Shown here piece by piece: positions 29,132-39,306 of a stretch of DNA of 64,000 nt. How positions within the stretch are numbered: the stretch's first letter is position 1; every line of letters starts with the position of its first letter. A program made the position numbers and the translations under genes. The stretch spans positions 1,408,001-1,472,000 of the forward strand of contig CAXXLV010000002.1 of the NCBI GenBank assembly GCA_963664305.2, in the 5' to 3' direction. Source of the DNA: an uncultured Aliarcobacter sp. (lineage in GTDB: Bacteria; Campylobacterota; Campylobacteria; Campylobacterales; Arcobacteraceae). The notes under the pieces were generated by a model, which saw only the letters and a program-made list of their open reading frames with translations, did not search any database and was not told where the DNA came from.

Positions 29132-30730
29132 TTAATTAATTGGTGGATTCACATATTTAGGAACAGTAACTATCAAATGTGATTTTTCACTTAACTCAAC
29201 ATCACCATCTTTATATGTTCCAACTACACTTAGATTTCCAACATTATTTGCCATTAACTTTCTTTTTGGATTTGGGCCTAATACACTTGGAATAAATTTC
29301 CCTGTTTTTTCATCAATTTGTCCAGCATAATCTAAATCTTTGTCTTCAATAGCTTGTTCATCAAATGCTTCTATACTCCAAGTTGCAGGAACAACACCTA
29401 AATTAATATCATCAGCTGTACCTTTTTCTCCATCTTTTCCATTTGCATAAGCAATAGCTTCAAAAGTAGCGTATTCTTTTAAAATTTTTGCATCTTTTTC
29501 TGCTCCTATTCTTGAAATTGCGTAATCAGGAATAATTTTTATAAAATCAACTTTGTCATAAACAGCTAAACTATTTTTAAATGTTTTAGCTCCAATTTGA
29601 ATACTATTTGAAGAAGTTTTTACATTTTTATTAGCTTGAACTTCTAATACTATTTCATTATTTGTATGTTTAACAGTTTTTAAAACTTTTAAGCTATTTG
29701 GTAATTTAATTTCACCACTTAAGTTTGTTCCTAGAATTGTTAAAGTCTCTTTAGTTCCAGATTTGATAGCTTTTGGATAAATACCAACAATTGAACTCTC
29801 TTTAGAATTTAAAGCTTTTCCAGTTAAGATGCTTCCTTGTTCAGTATGTAAAGATTCAAACATTCTTCCTTCAAAACTATTAGTTTTTGGATCTAGATGT
29901 AAGATTTGTCTATAAACAACCCCATTTAATTCAAATGAAGCTCTAATTTCTGTTTTTCCATAAGCAACTGCAATTCCTCTTGCTTTATACTCTTGTCCAT
30001 TTGCATATTTATAATCCATAAGCATTGCATATGATTCATCACTACTTGGAATTAGTGTTAAAATTGCTGAAAAGTCACCAACACTTGGAGTATGTCCATA
30101 AGTTATCCATTTTGTTGGAAGTTTGTAATCTTTTACAGATTTTTTATATTTGTCCCATTTAGCTTGATCTTTTCCAAAATTCTCTGCTAAATATGGTACT
30201 ACTTCATTTTGAGCAACACCAAACCAATCTTTATCCCTTGCAAGTGCTTGTACTTCAAAAGAAGGAAATTGTGCAACATGATAATTTACTAAACTATCCC
30301 ATTCTTCAGCTGTTCTTCTTTGAAGACCAATTCTAGCTTCTGAGTGACATCTAACACACATTTCAGTTAACAACTCATCTTTTGGTTCTTCTTGTACATT
30401 TGGTGTTTTATTTAATACATAAGAGTAAGGTTTAATCTCATCTGGTGTTAAACCTTGATTATCAGATAAATATTTAATTACATTCGCCTCTTCATCTCTT
30501 GTAACTACTAAGCCATGTTCTCTTTGCATTCTTTTAATAGTCATATACCACCCTTCAGGTGTTTTTCTTTGATTTGAAATTCTGCTTAATCCATCATCAG
30601 TATTTCCAGTATGACAGGCAATACATTTTGTGTTAATAACCTCTTTACCCTTTTGTGCATCAACTGCGAATAAAGGTAAAGAAGCTATTAAAGCACCAAG
30701 TCCTAATTTAGATAATTTTTTATAATTCAA
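29132..30730 (-). CDS. qhpA: QHNDH alpha subunit (diheme c)
   Basis: Signal peptide, CIACH and CVRCH, SRI..QRKTPEGW.MT, GPNP.R....NN.GNL; TTG start. Confidence 0.95.
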   Translation of the reverse strand: MNYKKLSKLGLGALIASLPLFAVDAQKGKEVINTKCIACHTGNTDDGLSRISNQRKTPEGWYMTIKRMQREHGLVVTRDEEANVIKYLSDNQGLTPDEIKPYSYVLNKTPNVQEEPKDELLTEMCVRCHSEARIGLQRRTAEEWDSLVNYHVAQFPSFEVQALARDKDWFGVAQNEVVPYLAENFGKDQAKWDKYKKSVKDYKLPTKWITYGHTPSVGDFSAILTLIPSSDESYAMLMDYKYANGQEYKARGIAVAYGKTEIRASFELNGVVYRQILHLDPKTNSFEGRMFESLHTEQGSILTGKALNSKESSIVGIYPKAIKSGTKETLTILGTNLSGEIKLPNSLKVLKTVKHTNNEIVLEVQANKNVKTSSNSIQIGAKTFKNSLAVYDKVDFIKIIPDYAISRIGAEKDAKILKEYATFEAIAYANGKDGEKGTADDINLGVVPATWSIEAFDEQAIEDKDLDYAGQIDEKTGKFIPSVLGPNPKRKLMANNVGNLSVVGTYKDGDVELSEKSHLIVTVPKYVNPPIN

Positions 30731-30787
30731 GTTCTACTCCTCAAATAGAAAATTTAGACTTTAAACTAATTGTTTAGTGTCTGTGAA

Positions 30788-30830
30788 ATTATAGGAGGCA
30801 TATTGAAGTTTGTATAGTAAGAAAACGACA
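30788..30830 (-). promoter_or_regulatory. Putative qhpA promoter with a candidate activator site
   Basis: TATAAT (minus strand, 30788-30793); TGTCGTTTTCTTAC (minus strand, 30817-30830) next to the -35 position. Confidence 0.45.
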
Positions 30831-30920
30831 TTTCTGTATATTTTTTATACAATAAAATCATATTTTCTTTGTAAAAAATTAAAATGATATGTTAGAATTC
30901 CTCTTATGAAAGGATGAAAA

Positions 30921-31733
30921 TTGTTCGAATTTAAAACATTTAAACCAAATATAAAACTACAACAATGGGTTAAATCTTATTGGATTGTAAATTATAATAA
31001 AATCGACTCACTAAAAGTTGAAGAAAAAGTAATAATTCCCTATGATAATATCTGTTTATTATTCATAATTGATTCAAAAAGTGATATAGATTATTCAAAT
31101 AAAAATCTAAAAAATGGTATTTATATCTGCCCACCAAGTCTAGATAAACATAAATTAAATTTAGATGCAGACCAATACTATATTGATGTTTCTTTATATC
31201 CTGGTGTTTTTTATAAACTTTTTGGAATACCTGTATCAGAACTTGGAGATAAAATATATGAAATAAATGAACTATCTTTAAAATTTGATTTATCTATCTT
31301 AGATATTTTATATGAACTAAAAGGAAATACTTTAGCTACCTTAAATAAAATAGATAACTATTTATATAATATATTTAAAGATATGGAAGAAGATAGTTTA
31401 TTATTAAATATTTTAGACCTTACAAAAAATCATGATTTAGATAATTTTTATAACCAAAACCGTTTATCAACAAGGCAAGTTCAAAGAAAAGTAAAAGAAT
31501 TTACAGGAATTACTCCAAAATCAATAGAAAGAATAAATAGATTTTATAGTACTTTAAAACTAATAAAATCTAATAAAAATATTATTGATTTTAAAGAAAT
31601 AGCAGTTGAAAATAACTTTTATGACCAATCATCATTTATAAAAGAGTTCAAGTTTTTTACAGGAGTGACTCCAACTCTGTTTCTTTTACAAGCAGATGAT
31701 TTTTTACAATATAGATGTAGTATTTTTTGTTAA
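30921..31733 (+). CDS. AraC-family transcriptional regulator divergent from qhpA
   Basis: LSTRQVQR..KEFTGITPK and FYDQSSFIKEFK.FTG.TP double HTH; stop overlaps the mutS stop. Confidence 0.88.
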   Translation: MFEFKTFKPNIKLQQWVKSYWIVNYNKIDSLKVEEKVIIPYDNICLLFIIDSKSDIDYSNKNLKNGIYICPPSLDKHKLNLDADQYYIDVSLYPGVFYKLFGIPVSELGDKIYEINELSLKFDLSILDILYELKGNTLATLNKIDNYLYNIFKDMEEDSLLLNILDLTKNHDLDNFYNQNRLSTRQVQRKVKEFTGITPKSIERINRFYSTLKLIKSNKNIIDFKEIAVENNFYDQSSFIKEFKFFTGVTPTLFLLQADDFLQYRCSIFC

Positions 31734-34684
31734 TTTTCAACCATTGTATAGTGTAACTCTAAACCTTTAGAAGTTGCAATAAAACCATTTATATTAATAG
31801 TTCCATCATGAACCATTTTGTGGTGTTCTTTACATAATGGGATTAGATTATATTTATGGTTTGCATTTATATGACCAATGAAACCTTCTTTATTGGCCCT
31901 TGCTTGTTCTTTTATGTGATGAACATCATCACAAGCTCGTCCACATATAACGCAAGATGAAGCAAATACATTGTTATTGTATTTAGAGGTTTTTCTTTGG
32001 CTTAATCTCTCTAAAGGATTATAATCATCAGTTAATTTTTTTCGTATTTCATTTGCAACACTTAAAAACTCTCTATCCATATGAAGTGATTTTGCATACT
32101 CTAAACCATACATAGATGAACCACTTCCATAGGCTAGTTTTCTATCAAAAATAAGTTTATCTTCTTCATCTTTATACATAACAGATAGATGAAGTGAAAT
32201 AATATTTTTTAGTTTTGCTATCTCTTCAATTTCAGGAAGTTGATGTAAGTGGGTTGCAAAAACAAACAAAGCTTCAAGCTTTGATAGTTTTAAAATAGAA
32301 CTTGCAACTATACTTAAGCCACTCATAGTTTCTGTACTATGTGAGATTTCATCACCTAAAATTAAAGAATTTTTAGTTGCACGATTAAATATATTTTTTA
32401 GTTCCAACATCTCAACGGCAAAAGAAGATAATCCTTTTGCAATATTATCAGCTCCACTAATTCTAGTATAAACCGCATCAAAAATAGAAAATCTCATAGA
32501 TTTACAAGGTACATAAAATCCAGCTTGAGCAAGAATCACTGAAATTCCAATAGCTTTCATAAGTGAAGATTTTCCAGAAGAGTTTATTCCATAAAGTAAA
32601 ACTCCATGCATTTTATTATTGTACATATTTACAGGATTTGAGTTTTTGATAATTACATTATCTTTATACTCTTTTGAAGCTAGTGTTAGTTCACCTAAAA
32701 TAATGTCATTTGGTACATAAATTCCTTGTTCTTCATTTGCTTCAATAATTGGATGTCTTAAATCAATAAGCTCTAAAAAGTTTTCATTCTCTTTTGTTTT
32801 TACGATTTTTGGACAAGTATAGTTATATTTTTTTGCTGTTTTTATATTTGAAACTGTTAAATCAACTTCTGCTATAAACTGAACTAACTCTTGAAGTAAA
32901 GTTGCAAATTTTTTCTCAAATTCTTGGATTTTTTCTTTAAATACAAGTTTATTTAATTCAACTATTTTTCGTAAATTATGTACATATTTATCTGAAATAT
33001 CTTCTGTTAATTTACAAAAAATCTTTACAGAATTTGTTTGAATTCTTATAGTAAAATCTTTAAACAAATACAATTCATCATCTACAATTAAATGAGAATT
33101 TAATAACTCTTCTTTAATTGAGTTAAATCTATTTTTTGTTAAAGTGATAAAAAATCCCTCTTTATCAAGTCTATTAATTCCAACAAAATTAGAATCATCT
33201 GATTTTATGAAAGATAAAATATGTTTTTGTAAAATCTCTAATTTTGAATACAAAATCTCATTTTGTACATTTAACTCATCAATTTGAGTATTAATTCCAG
33301 AGCTAATCATATTTGTATCAACATCTTTTAGCATATATTTTCCACTTACATTCAAATCAAAAGTTGAATCAATTGACTGAATAAAAAGTGTTAAATCAGC
33401 ACTACTACAAGGTGGAGTTATAAACTTATAATTTTCCATAAAAGTTACAACTTCTTTTATACTCAAAAGTGAATCGTATAAATAATTTAACTCAAAAGGA
33501 TGAAGACGATTTAGTTTTATTCTTCTTGTTAATCTTTCTATATCATAGATATTTGCTAATTCACTCTCTATTGGAGCATGATAATCATACAACTCTTTTG
33601 AAAGTGCAAGTCTTCTTAAAATCTCTTTACTATCTTTAACTGGATGAGTCAATCTCTCTTTTAAAAGTCTTTTTCCCATAGCTGTTGAAGTATTATTTAT
33701 TAGTTTTATCAAACTTGGATTATGAGAAGTTTCAATTATATTTAATTGTTCTAAGGCATTATTTCCAAGATAAATATATTTACTAATATCAAGTTTTTGT
33801 GGATGAGATAATTTTTGAATAATATTTGAATCATGCCCTATTACAAAATCAATTAAAACTGCAAGTGATTCACTACTAAGTGGGACTCTTTCCATATCAA
33901 GATGTTCAATAGAAGTTAATAAAGACTCTATATTAAACACATTTTTAAATAACTCATTTTGATAAGAAATTTTTGGTCTAAAATAACCAATATGAAATGT
34001 TTTAAGATTTAATTCTAAATAATCAATTACTTCTTTTTGATTAATATTTTTATCTGCAAAACTAACAATTATTTCATTTGTTTTATGCATATTCATATAA
34101 TTAAATACTTCATCAAGTGCAAAAAATTTATCTTCACTTGTTCCGTGAACTTCGTTGTAATAACACTTTCCAGTTGTAACATCAATTGCACTATAACCAA
34201 CTAAATAAATACCTTTTATTTGGTCTATTAAAAGTGAAGTGATATTATTTTCATCTTGTGAAATAACAAAATCAAAGTTTGTTCCAGGACTTACAACTGT
34301 ATCTAAATATCTAGTTACATTTGGTGGAAGTCCCTTTTGTCTAATAATGGCAACTGTGTATTTTTGTTCACTTATAATTCTTGCTAAATGTTTTTCAAAA
34401 GAAATTGCGGGAACTCCAGCCATAATAGGATTTTCTTTTGAATTTTCTAAAATAGATTTATTTTTTCTTGTTAGTTGAATATTTAAAAGTTCAGCAATCT
34501 CTTTTGCTTTTCCAATATGTTCTTCATCATTATTTACTTCATAAACTTCAAAAAATGTTCCTATTTCCATAAGTACAACTGTATTTGGTCCATACTTTTT
34601 TTCAAACATTTTTTGGAGTTTAAAATAAGTAATTGTTAATAACTCTTTTTTATTATTTAAAAGTTCAGCTACTTCTTCTCTCAC
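31730..34684 (-). CDS. MutS7-type mismatch-repair ATPase with C-terminal HNH nuclease
   Basis: GTFFE mismatch motif, GINSSGKS Walker A, SSFAVEM, DE, ATH; C-terminal CVIC..VHHI..NH..NL..LC..HH..VH. Confidence 0.9.
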   Translation of the reverse strand: MREEVAELLNNKKELLTITYFKLQKMFEKKYGPNTVVLMEIGTFFEVYEVNNDEEHIGKAKEIAELLNIQLTRKNKSILENSKENPIMAGVPAISFEKHLARIISEQKYTVAIIRQKGLPPNVTRYLDTVVSPGTNFDFVISQDENNITSLLIDQIKGIYLVGYSAIDVTTGKCYYNEVHGTSEDKFFALDEVFNYMNMHKTNEIIVSFADKNINQKEVIDYLELNLKTFHIGYFRPKISYQNELFKNVFNIESLLTSIEHLDMERVPLSSESLAVLIDFVIGHDSNIIQKLSHPQKLDISKYIYLGNNALEQLNIIETSHNPSLIKLINNTSTAMGKRLLKERLTHPVKDSKEILRRLALSKELYDYHAPIESELANIYDIERLTRRIKLNRLHPFELNYLYDSLLSIKEVVTFMENYKFITPPCSSADLTLFIQSIDSTFDLNVSGKYMLKDVDTNMISSGINTQIDELNVQNEILYSKLEILQKHILSFIKSDDSNFVGINRLDKEGFFITLTKNRFNSIKEELLNSHLIVDDELYLFKDFTIRIQTNSVKIFCKLTEDISDKYVHNLRKIVELNKLVFKEKIQEFEKKFATLLQELVQFIAEVDLTVSNIKTAKKYNYTCPKIVKTKENENFLELIDLRHPIIEANEEQGIYVPNDIILGELTLASKEYKDNVIIKNSNPVNMYNNKMHGVLLYGINSSGKSSLMKAIGISVILAQAGFYVPCKSMRFSIFDAVYTRISGADNIAKGLSSFAVEMLELKNIFNRATKNSLILGDEISHSTETMSGLSIVASSILKLSKLEALFVFATHLHQLPEIEEIAKLKNIISLHLSVMYKDEEDKLIFDRKLAYGSGSSMYGLEYAKSLHMDREFLSVANEIRKKLTDDYNPLERLSQRKTSKYNNNVFASSCVICGRACDDVHHIKEQARANKEGFIGHINANHKYNLIPLCKEHHKMVHDGTININGFIATSKGLELHYTMVEN

Positions 34685-35103
34685 TTACTTCTAACTCCTG
34701 TCCAATCTCTTATCAAAGTTCTTTGTTCTTTAGTTAAAATTGCATCATCATGAATCCAAAGATAACTTTGTAGTGGCATAGAAGCATAAACTGTTCTATA
34801 AATATCTTTTAAATGTTCTTTTTTCTCTTCATCACTATAATTTTCCCAAGTAGAAAAATTTAAAGCTTTTCTTCCTTCATTTATATGATTTGATACTATC
34901 CAAGAAAAAGGAGCAATTTTTGAATACCAAGGATAAATTGTTTCATTTGAATGACAATCATAACAAGCCGTTTTAAAAATTTTCATTACTTCAGCATTTG
35001 CTTTTATTTCTTTATTTTTATCTACATTAGGGTTTGTTTTATCAGTTTGTATAAACTGCATAACTATAAAAATAATTAAAAAAATCAATAAGGTTCTTTT
35101 CAT
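34681..35103 (-). CDS. Heme-binding domain protein (CxxCH)
   Basis: N-terminal hydrophobic segment, CYDCHS, PWY..IAP.SW, LNFS.W, MP..Y..H; ATG 35103 preferred. Confidence 0.85.
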   Translation of the reverse strand: MKRTLLIFLIIFIVMQFIQTDKTNPNVDKNKEIKANAEVMKIFKTACYDCHSNETIYPWYSKIAPFSWIVSNHINEGRKALNFSTWENYSDEEKKEHLKDIYRTVYASMPLQSYLWIHDDAILTKEQRTLIRDWTGVRSK

Positions 35104-35104
35104 A

Positions 35105-35434
35105 TTACTCACACATTAAATTATAAGGTCGTTGTATTTCTTCTAAAAATAGAGGAATACTCATGTTTCTTCCATATCTTTTGAACTCTTTTTTATCAAA
35201 AAATATGATTGTAGTTGGAATAGAAAATACAGTAAATTGACTTGTAAGTTCTTTATAAATATCTGTTTTTATCTCATAAAGTCTAAATTTTGGGAAGTTT
35301 TTAGTTACTTCTTCTTCAATTTTTGGTTTTAAAACTTTACAAACAGAACAATTTTCTCCACTAAAATATATCAATACTGCATCATTATGACTAATCGCAT
35401 CTTCTACTTGTTGTGGATTTTCTAGTTGAATCAC
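35105..35434 (-). CDS. Thioredoxin-family protein
   Basis: CSVC, SIPT cis-Pro; GTG at 35434 behind GGAG preferred over 35458. Confidence 0.82.
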   Translation of the reverse strand: MIQLENPQQVEDAISHNDAVLIYFSGENCSVCKVLKPKIEEEVTKNFPKFRLYEIKTDIYKELTSQFTVFSIPTTIIFFDKKEFKRYGRNMSIPLFLEEIQRPYNLMCE

Positions 35435-35435
35435 T

Positions 35436-37403
35436 CTAAATATCTCCCAATTCTTCATCTTTATTTATATTTACTTGATAAGCTTTTTCTTTAAAAATAT
35501 CCTCTTTAGTTAAAGAGATACCTTTCATATGAGATAATGGGAAAGCAAAAGCTACACCTTTTCCTGTTGTTGTAATATGAAGTGTATGAATTATTGATTT
35601 TATAACCTCATTTACTAAATGCTGTGGTAATAAAAATAATAGTAACACATCTTTTGCTTCAAAAGAAGTTCTATAGAAATTTGCCATTCCTTCTAATCCA
35701 ATTCCTTGTGCATTTAAAAGTGTAACACCTGATGCTCCTGCTTTTTGTGCTGCCATAATTGCATCATCTTTTTTATCTTCTGGAATTATTATAACAACTG
35801 CACTAAATTGTAATACTAAAGAGTGTCTAACTTTTGAACCATCAATATTTACTGTCGATAAATCCATGTTATCTACATCAACTAAAGTATCTCTTAATAA
35901 TTCTTCATGCTCAATTTGAGTATCAGATTTAACTCCAATTTTCTCAATAATTACACCATAAAGCATAACTGTTATCATAGGAAATAATGAAGCAAAAGCG
36001 ATAAGTCCAAATCCATCAATTAAAGGACTTCTTCCTTCAATATTTGAAGCAAGTCCAATTCCTAGAGCTGCAACTAAAGGAACTGTTACTGTTGAAGTTG
36101 TAACTCCTCCACTATCATAAGCTATTGGAATTATATATTTTGGTGCAATGAAAGTAAGAATTATTACAACGATATATCCAACAATTATATAGTAGTGAAT
36201 ATGTCCACCATCAACTATTCTAAATGCTCCCAAGGCAATCCCTATTGCAACACCTAAAGCAACAAATAGTCTTAAAATAAAATCATTAACTTTTCCATCA
36301 CTTATCTCTTTAGCTTTTTTAGCAATTGCCATAAGAGCAGGTTCTGCCATAGTTGTAGAAAATCCAATCGCAAATGCAAAAGCATAAATTATAAATACAG
36401 AATTACCTTTTGTTAGCTGATAAGCCATTGTTTCACCAAGTGAAAACAATCCTAATTCTAATCCTAAAATAAATGTATATAATCCAATAATTACTAAAGC
36501 AAATCCTAAAAAAACAGTTTTTGGTTTTTCTATACTTTTCTTTAAAATAATATATTGGAAGAATAAAATAATTAATAATATTGGAAATACATCTCTTATT
36601 ACTGCAAAAAATCCACTTAAAACTGAACTTACACTAATTGTAGTTGATGTACTAACTGTTGCTTGAACAACTATTTGAGTTACTTCTTTTACCTCTTCAA
36701 AGTTATAAACATAAATTCCATAAATTTGCACAAATATCATAGGAGTCAAAGAAGCAAATGCAATAAGACCAAATCCATCAATTACAGGATTTCTATCTTT
36801 TATTGATGAAGCAAGACCAATTCCTAAAGCTGCAACTAAAGGAACTGTAACAGTAGAAGTTGTAACTCCTCCTAAATCATAAGCTAAACCTATTATTTCT
36901 TTTGGAGCAAAAAATGTAACTCCAACAACTAACATATATCCGATGATGATATAGTAGTGAATTGGATGACCTTTTATGATTCTATAAACACCTAATAATA
37001 TGGCGAAACCTACAGATAAAGCTACAACTAATCTTAATGTATTAGAATCTATTCTTCCACTTGATATAGATGCTGCTTTATCAGCAATAACAGCAAGTGC
37101 GGGTTCAGCTATTGTGGTACCAAATCCTATAAGAAATCCAAAAATCAATATCCAAATTACATGACCTGACTTAGCAAAATCTTTAGCTAAAGATTCACCA
37201 ACTGGAAAAATACCAATTTCTAAACCTTGTAAAAAAATTGCTAAACCTATTGCAACAATTCCTAAACCAATAGCAGTATTTGCCCATCCTTCTGGAACAC
37301 TTTGAATAATTGCTAACTGAAAAAATAAAATTACCAAAATAATTGGTATCAAATCACGAAAAGATTCCTTGAGAAGTCTAAGAAAGAAATAGAGTTGTAA
37401 CAC
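35436..37403 (-). CDS. Tandem DUF1538 membrane domains fused to a C-terminal P-II-like domain
   Basis: Two copies of AEPAL..AYD.GGVTTSTVTVPL..DGFGLIAFASL; C-terminal AGASGVT....G.G and GKGVAF. Confidence 0.8.
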   Translation of the reverse strand: MLQLYFFLRLLKESFRDLIPIILVILFFQLAIIQSVPEGWANTAIGLGIVAIGLAIFLQGLEIGIFPVGESLAKDFAKSGHVIWILIFGFLIGFGTTIAEPALAVIADKAASISSGRIDSNTLRLVVALSVGFAILLGVYRIIKGHPIHYYIIIGYMLVVGVTFFAPKEIIGLAYDLGGVTTSTVTVPLVAALGIGLASSIKDRNPVIDGFGLIAFASLTPMIFVQIYGIYVYNFEEVKEVTQIVVQATVSTSTTISVSSVLSGFFAVIRDVFPILLIILFFQYIILKKSIEKPKTVFLGFALVIIGLYTFILGLELGLFSLGETMAYQLTKGNSVFIIYAFAFAIGFSTTMAEPALMAIAKKAKEISDGKVNDFILRLFVALGVAIGIALGAFRIVDGGHIHYYIIVGYIVVIILTFIAPKYIIPIAYDSGGVTTSTVTVPLVAALGIGLASNIEGRSPLIDGFGLIAFASLFPMITVMLYGVIIEKIGVKSDTQIEHEELLRDTLVDVDNMDLSTVNIDGSKVRHSLVLQFSAVVIIIPEDKKDDAIMAAQKAGASGVTLLNAQGIGLEGMANFYRTSFEAKDVLLLFLLPQHLVNEVIKSIIHTLHITTTGKGVAFAFPLSHMKGISLTKEDIFKEKAYQVNINKDEELGDI

Positions 37404-37426
37404 GAATATGTTCCTTGTAAATTTTT

Positions 37427-37457
37427 AAAGAGGATAACTTTTAGTTATCTCTCTTTT
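37427..37457 (-). terminator. Hairpin after leuA
   Basis: AAAGAGGATAACT/AGTTATCTCTCTTT. Confidence 0.65.
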
Positions 37458-39010
37458 CAAACTTGATGTTCACAAGTTTTTGAAAGTCTCTCTTTTTGAG
37501 AAAGATATGAATTTAATGCACCAATGTAAGCTTTCGCAGTTGCTAACATCGTGTCAATACTTAATCCATGACCTACAAAGGCTGGACTTGTTGAATCAAA
37601 AGATACTCTTGTTGTAACTTTTGCTAAAGCATCTTTCCCTTCTGTTACAGAAATTACTTTGTAATCTTTTAATTCCCCATTGTATCCAGTAATTCTATCA
37701 ATTGTTTTAAATATTGCATCCATTGTTCCATCACCAATAGCTGCATCTTTGATTATTTCATCTTTATATTTAATAGCAACAGCAGCTGTTGGAACACCTG
37801 TTGTACAATCACTAATTTGTAAACCAATTAAATCATAAGTTTTATCATGATTTAAAGCTTCATCAGTGATTAACATTCTCACATCATCATCTGTAATCTC
37901 TTTTTTCTTATCCGCTAAAACTTTAAATCTTTCAAATGCTGAATTTAATTCTTCATCACTTACTTTATCAAATCCTAATTGAGCAATTTTATCTTTAAAT
38001 GCAGCACGTCCACTATGTTTTCCTAAGATTAAAGTACTATCTTTAATAACACCAACATCTTCAGGTCTCATAATTTCATAAGTTTCTTGATGTTTTAAAA
38101 CACCATCTTGGTGAATTCCACTTTCGTGAGAGAATGCATTTTTACCAACAATTGCTTTATTTTGTTGAGGCTCTACACCAGTTATTGTTGCAACTAATCT
38201 TGAAGTTGCATAAATTTCAGGAGTATTAATAGTTGTATATAAATCTCCAAATGCATCTTTTCTCGTTTTTATAGCCATAACTGCTTCTTCTAAAGCTGAA
38301 TTTCCAGCACGTTCTCCTAAACCATTTATTGTTACTTCAATTTGTCTAGCACCATTCATAACTGCTGCTAAAGTATTTGCTGTTGCTAATCCTAAATCGT
38401 TATGATTATGTACAGAAATAATAGCTCTATCACCAGCAAAATCACTTAATTCTTTTACCATTGCACCTAATTCTGTTGGTAATCTATATCCTACAGTATC
38501 TGGTAAATTAATAGTTCTTGCACCTGCTCCAATAACAGCATCCATCACTTCTTTCATAAAAGAGATTTCACTTCTTCCTGCATCTTCTAAAGAGAATTCA
38601 ACATCATCTACAAATGTTTTTGCATATTCTACTGCATGAATTGCTCTTCTAATAACTTCATCTGGAGCCATTTTTAATTTATATTTCATATGGATTGGCG
38701 ATGTTGCAATAAAAGTATGAACTCTGTGTTTTGGTGCTTTTGAAACAGCTAATCCAGCTTGTTTAATATCATTTTCAACTGCTCTTGCTAAAGAACAAAT
38801 ACTTGAATTTTTTACAATTTCTGCTATTCTACTTACTGCATCAAAATCCCCTGGACTTGCAGCTGCAAATCCTGCTTCTATTACATCAACACCTAATTTT
38901 TCTAATTGTAAAGCTACTTTTAATTTTTCTTCAGTGTTCATAGAACAACCAGGGCTTTGTTCACCATCTCTTAATGTTGTATCAAATACTATAATTTTAT
39001 TTTTATCCAT
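37457..39010 (-). CDS. leuA: 2-isopropylmalate synthase
   Basis: [37 protein letters not shown]-terminal regulatory domain. Confidence 0.98.
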   Translation of the reverse strand: MDKNKIIVFDTTLRDGEQSPGCSMNTEEKLKVALQLEKLGVDVIEAGFAAASPGDFDAVSRIAEIVKNSSICSLARAVENDIKQAGLAVSKAPKHRVHTFIATSPIHMKYKLKMAPDEVIRRAIHAVEYAKTFVDDVEFSLEDAGRSEISFMKEVMDAVIGAGARTINLPDTVGYRLPTELGAMVKELSDFAGDRAIISVHNHNDLGLATANTLAAVMNGARQIEVTINGLGERAGNSALEEAVMAIKTRKDAFGDLYTTINTPEIYATSRLVATITGVEPQQNKAIVGKNAFSHESGIHQDGVLKHQETYEIMRPEDVGVIKDSTLILGKHSGRAAFKDKIAQLGFDKVSDEELNSAFERFKVLADKKKEITDDDVRMLITDEALNHDKTYDLIGLQISDCTTGVPTAAVAIKYKDEIIKDAAIGDGTMDAIFKTIDRITGYNGELKDYKVISVTEGKDALAKVTTRVSFDSTSPAFVGHGLSIDTMLATAKAYIGALNSYLSQKERLSKTCEHQV

Positions 39011-39118
39011 TGTATTAACCTTTTAAAATGTTATTAATTATATCTTTTTTTAAATAAAAAAAGAAAAACAGAGTTTTGATTATTTAGTTATAAATTATAA
39101 TTATAAAAGTTTATAATT

Positions 39119-39196
39119 TTAGAGAGAAAAAGAGAGAAGCAGAAGAGAGTTAACACTTTTTATGAAATGGTTTTTATAAAAATCAAATATTTTCAT
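39119..39196 (-). CDS. Putative leu leader peptide MKIFDFYKNHFIKSVNSLLLLSFSL (not in ORF track)
   Basis: AAGGAG RBS, ATG at 39196, Leu codons CTT CTG CTT CTC ... CTC, TAA at 39119; 108 nt before leuA. Confidence 0.75.
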   Translation of the reverse strand: MKIFDFYKNHFIKSVNSLLLLSFSL

Positions 39197-39306
39197 ATAT
39201 CTCTCCTTTTTTTGTTTTTTAAAGTAGTTAAGTATAATTAATAAATCTCTATTTGTCAATAGTTATAATATTTTTTGGATTAAATTTTTAGAAATTTAAT
39301 CCAAAT

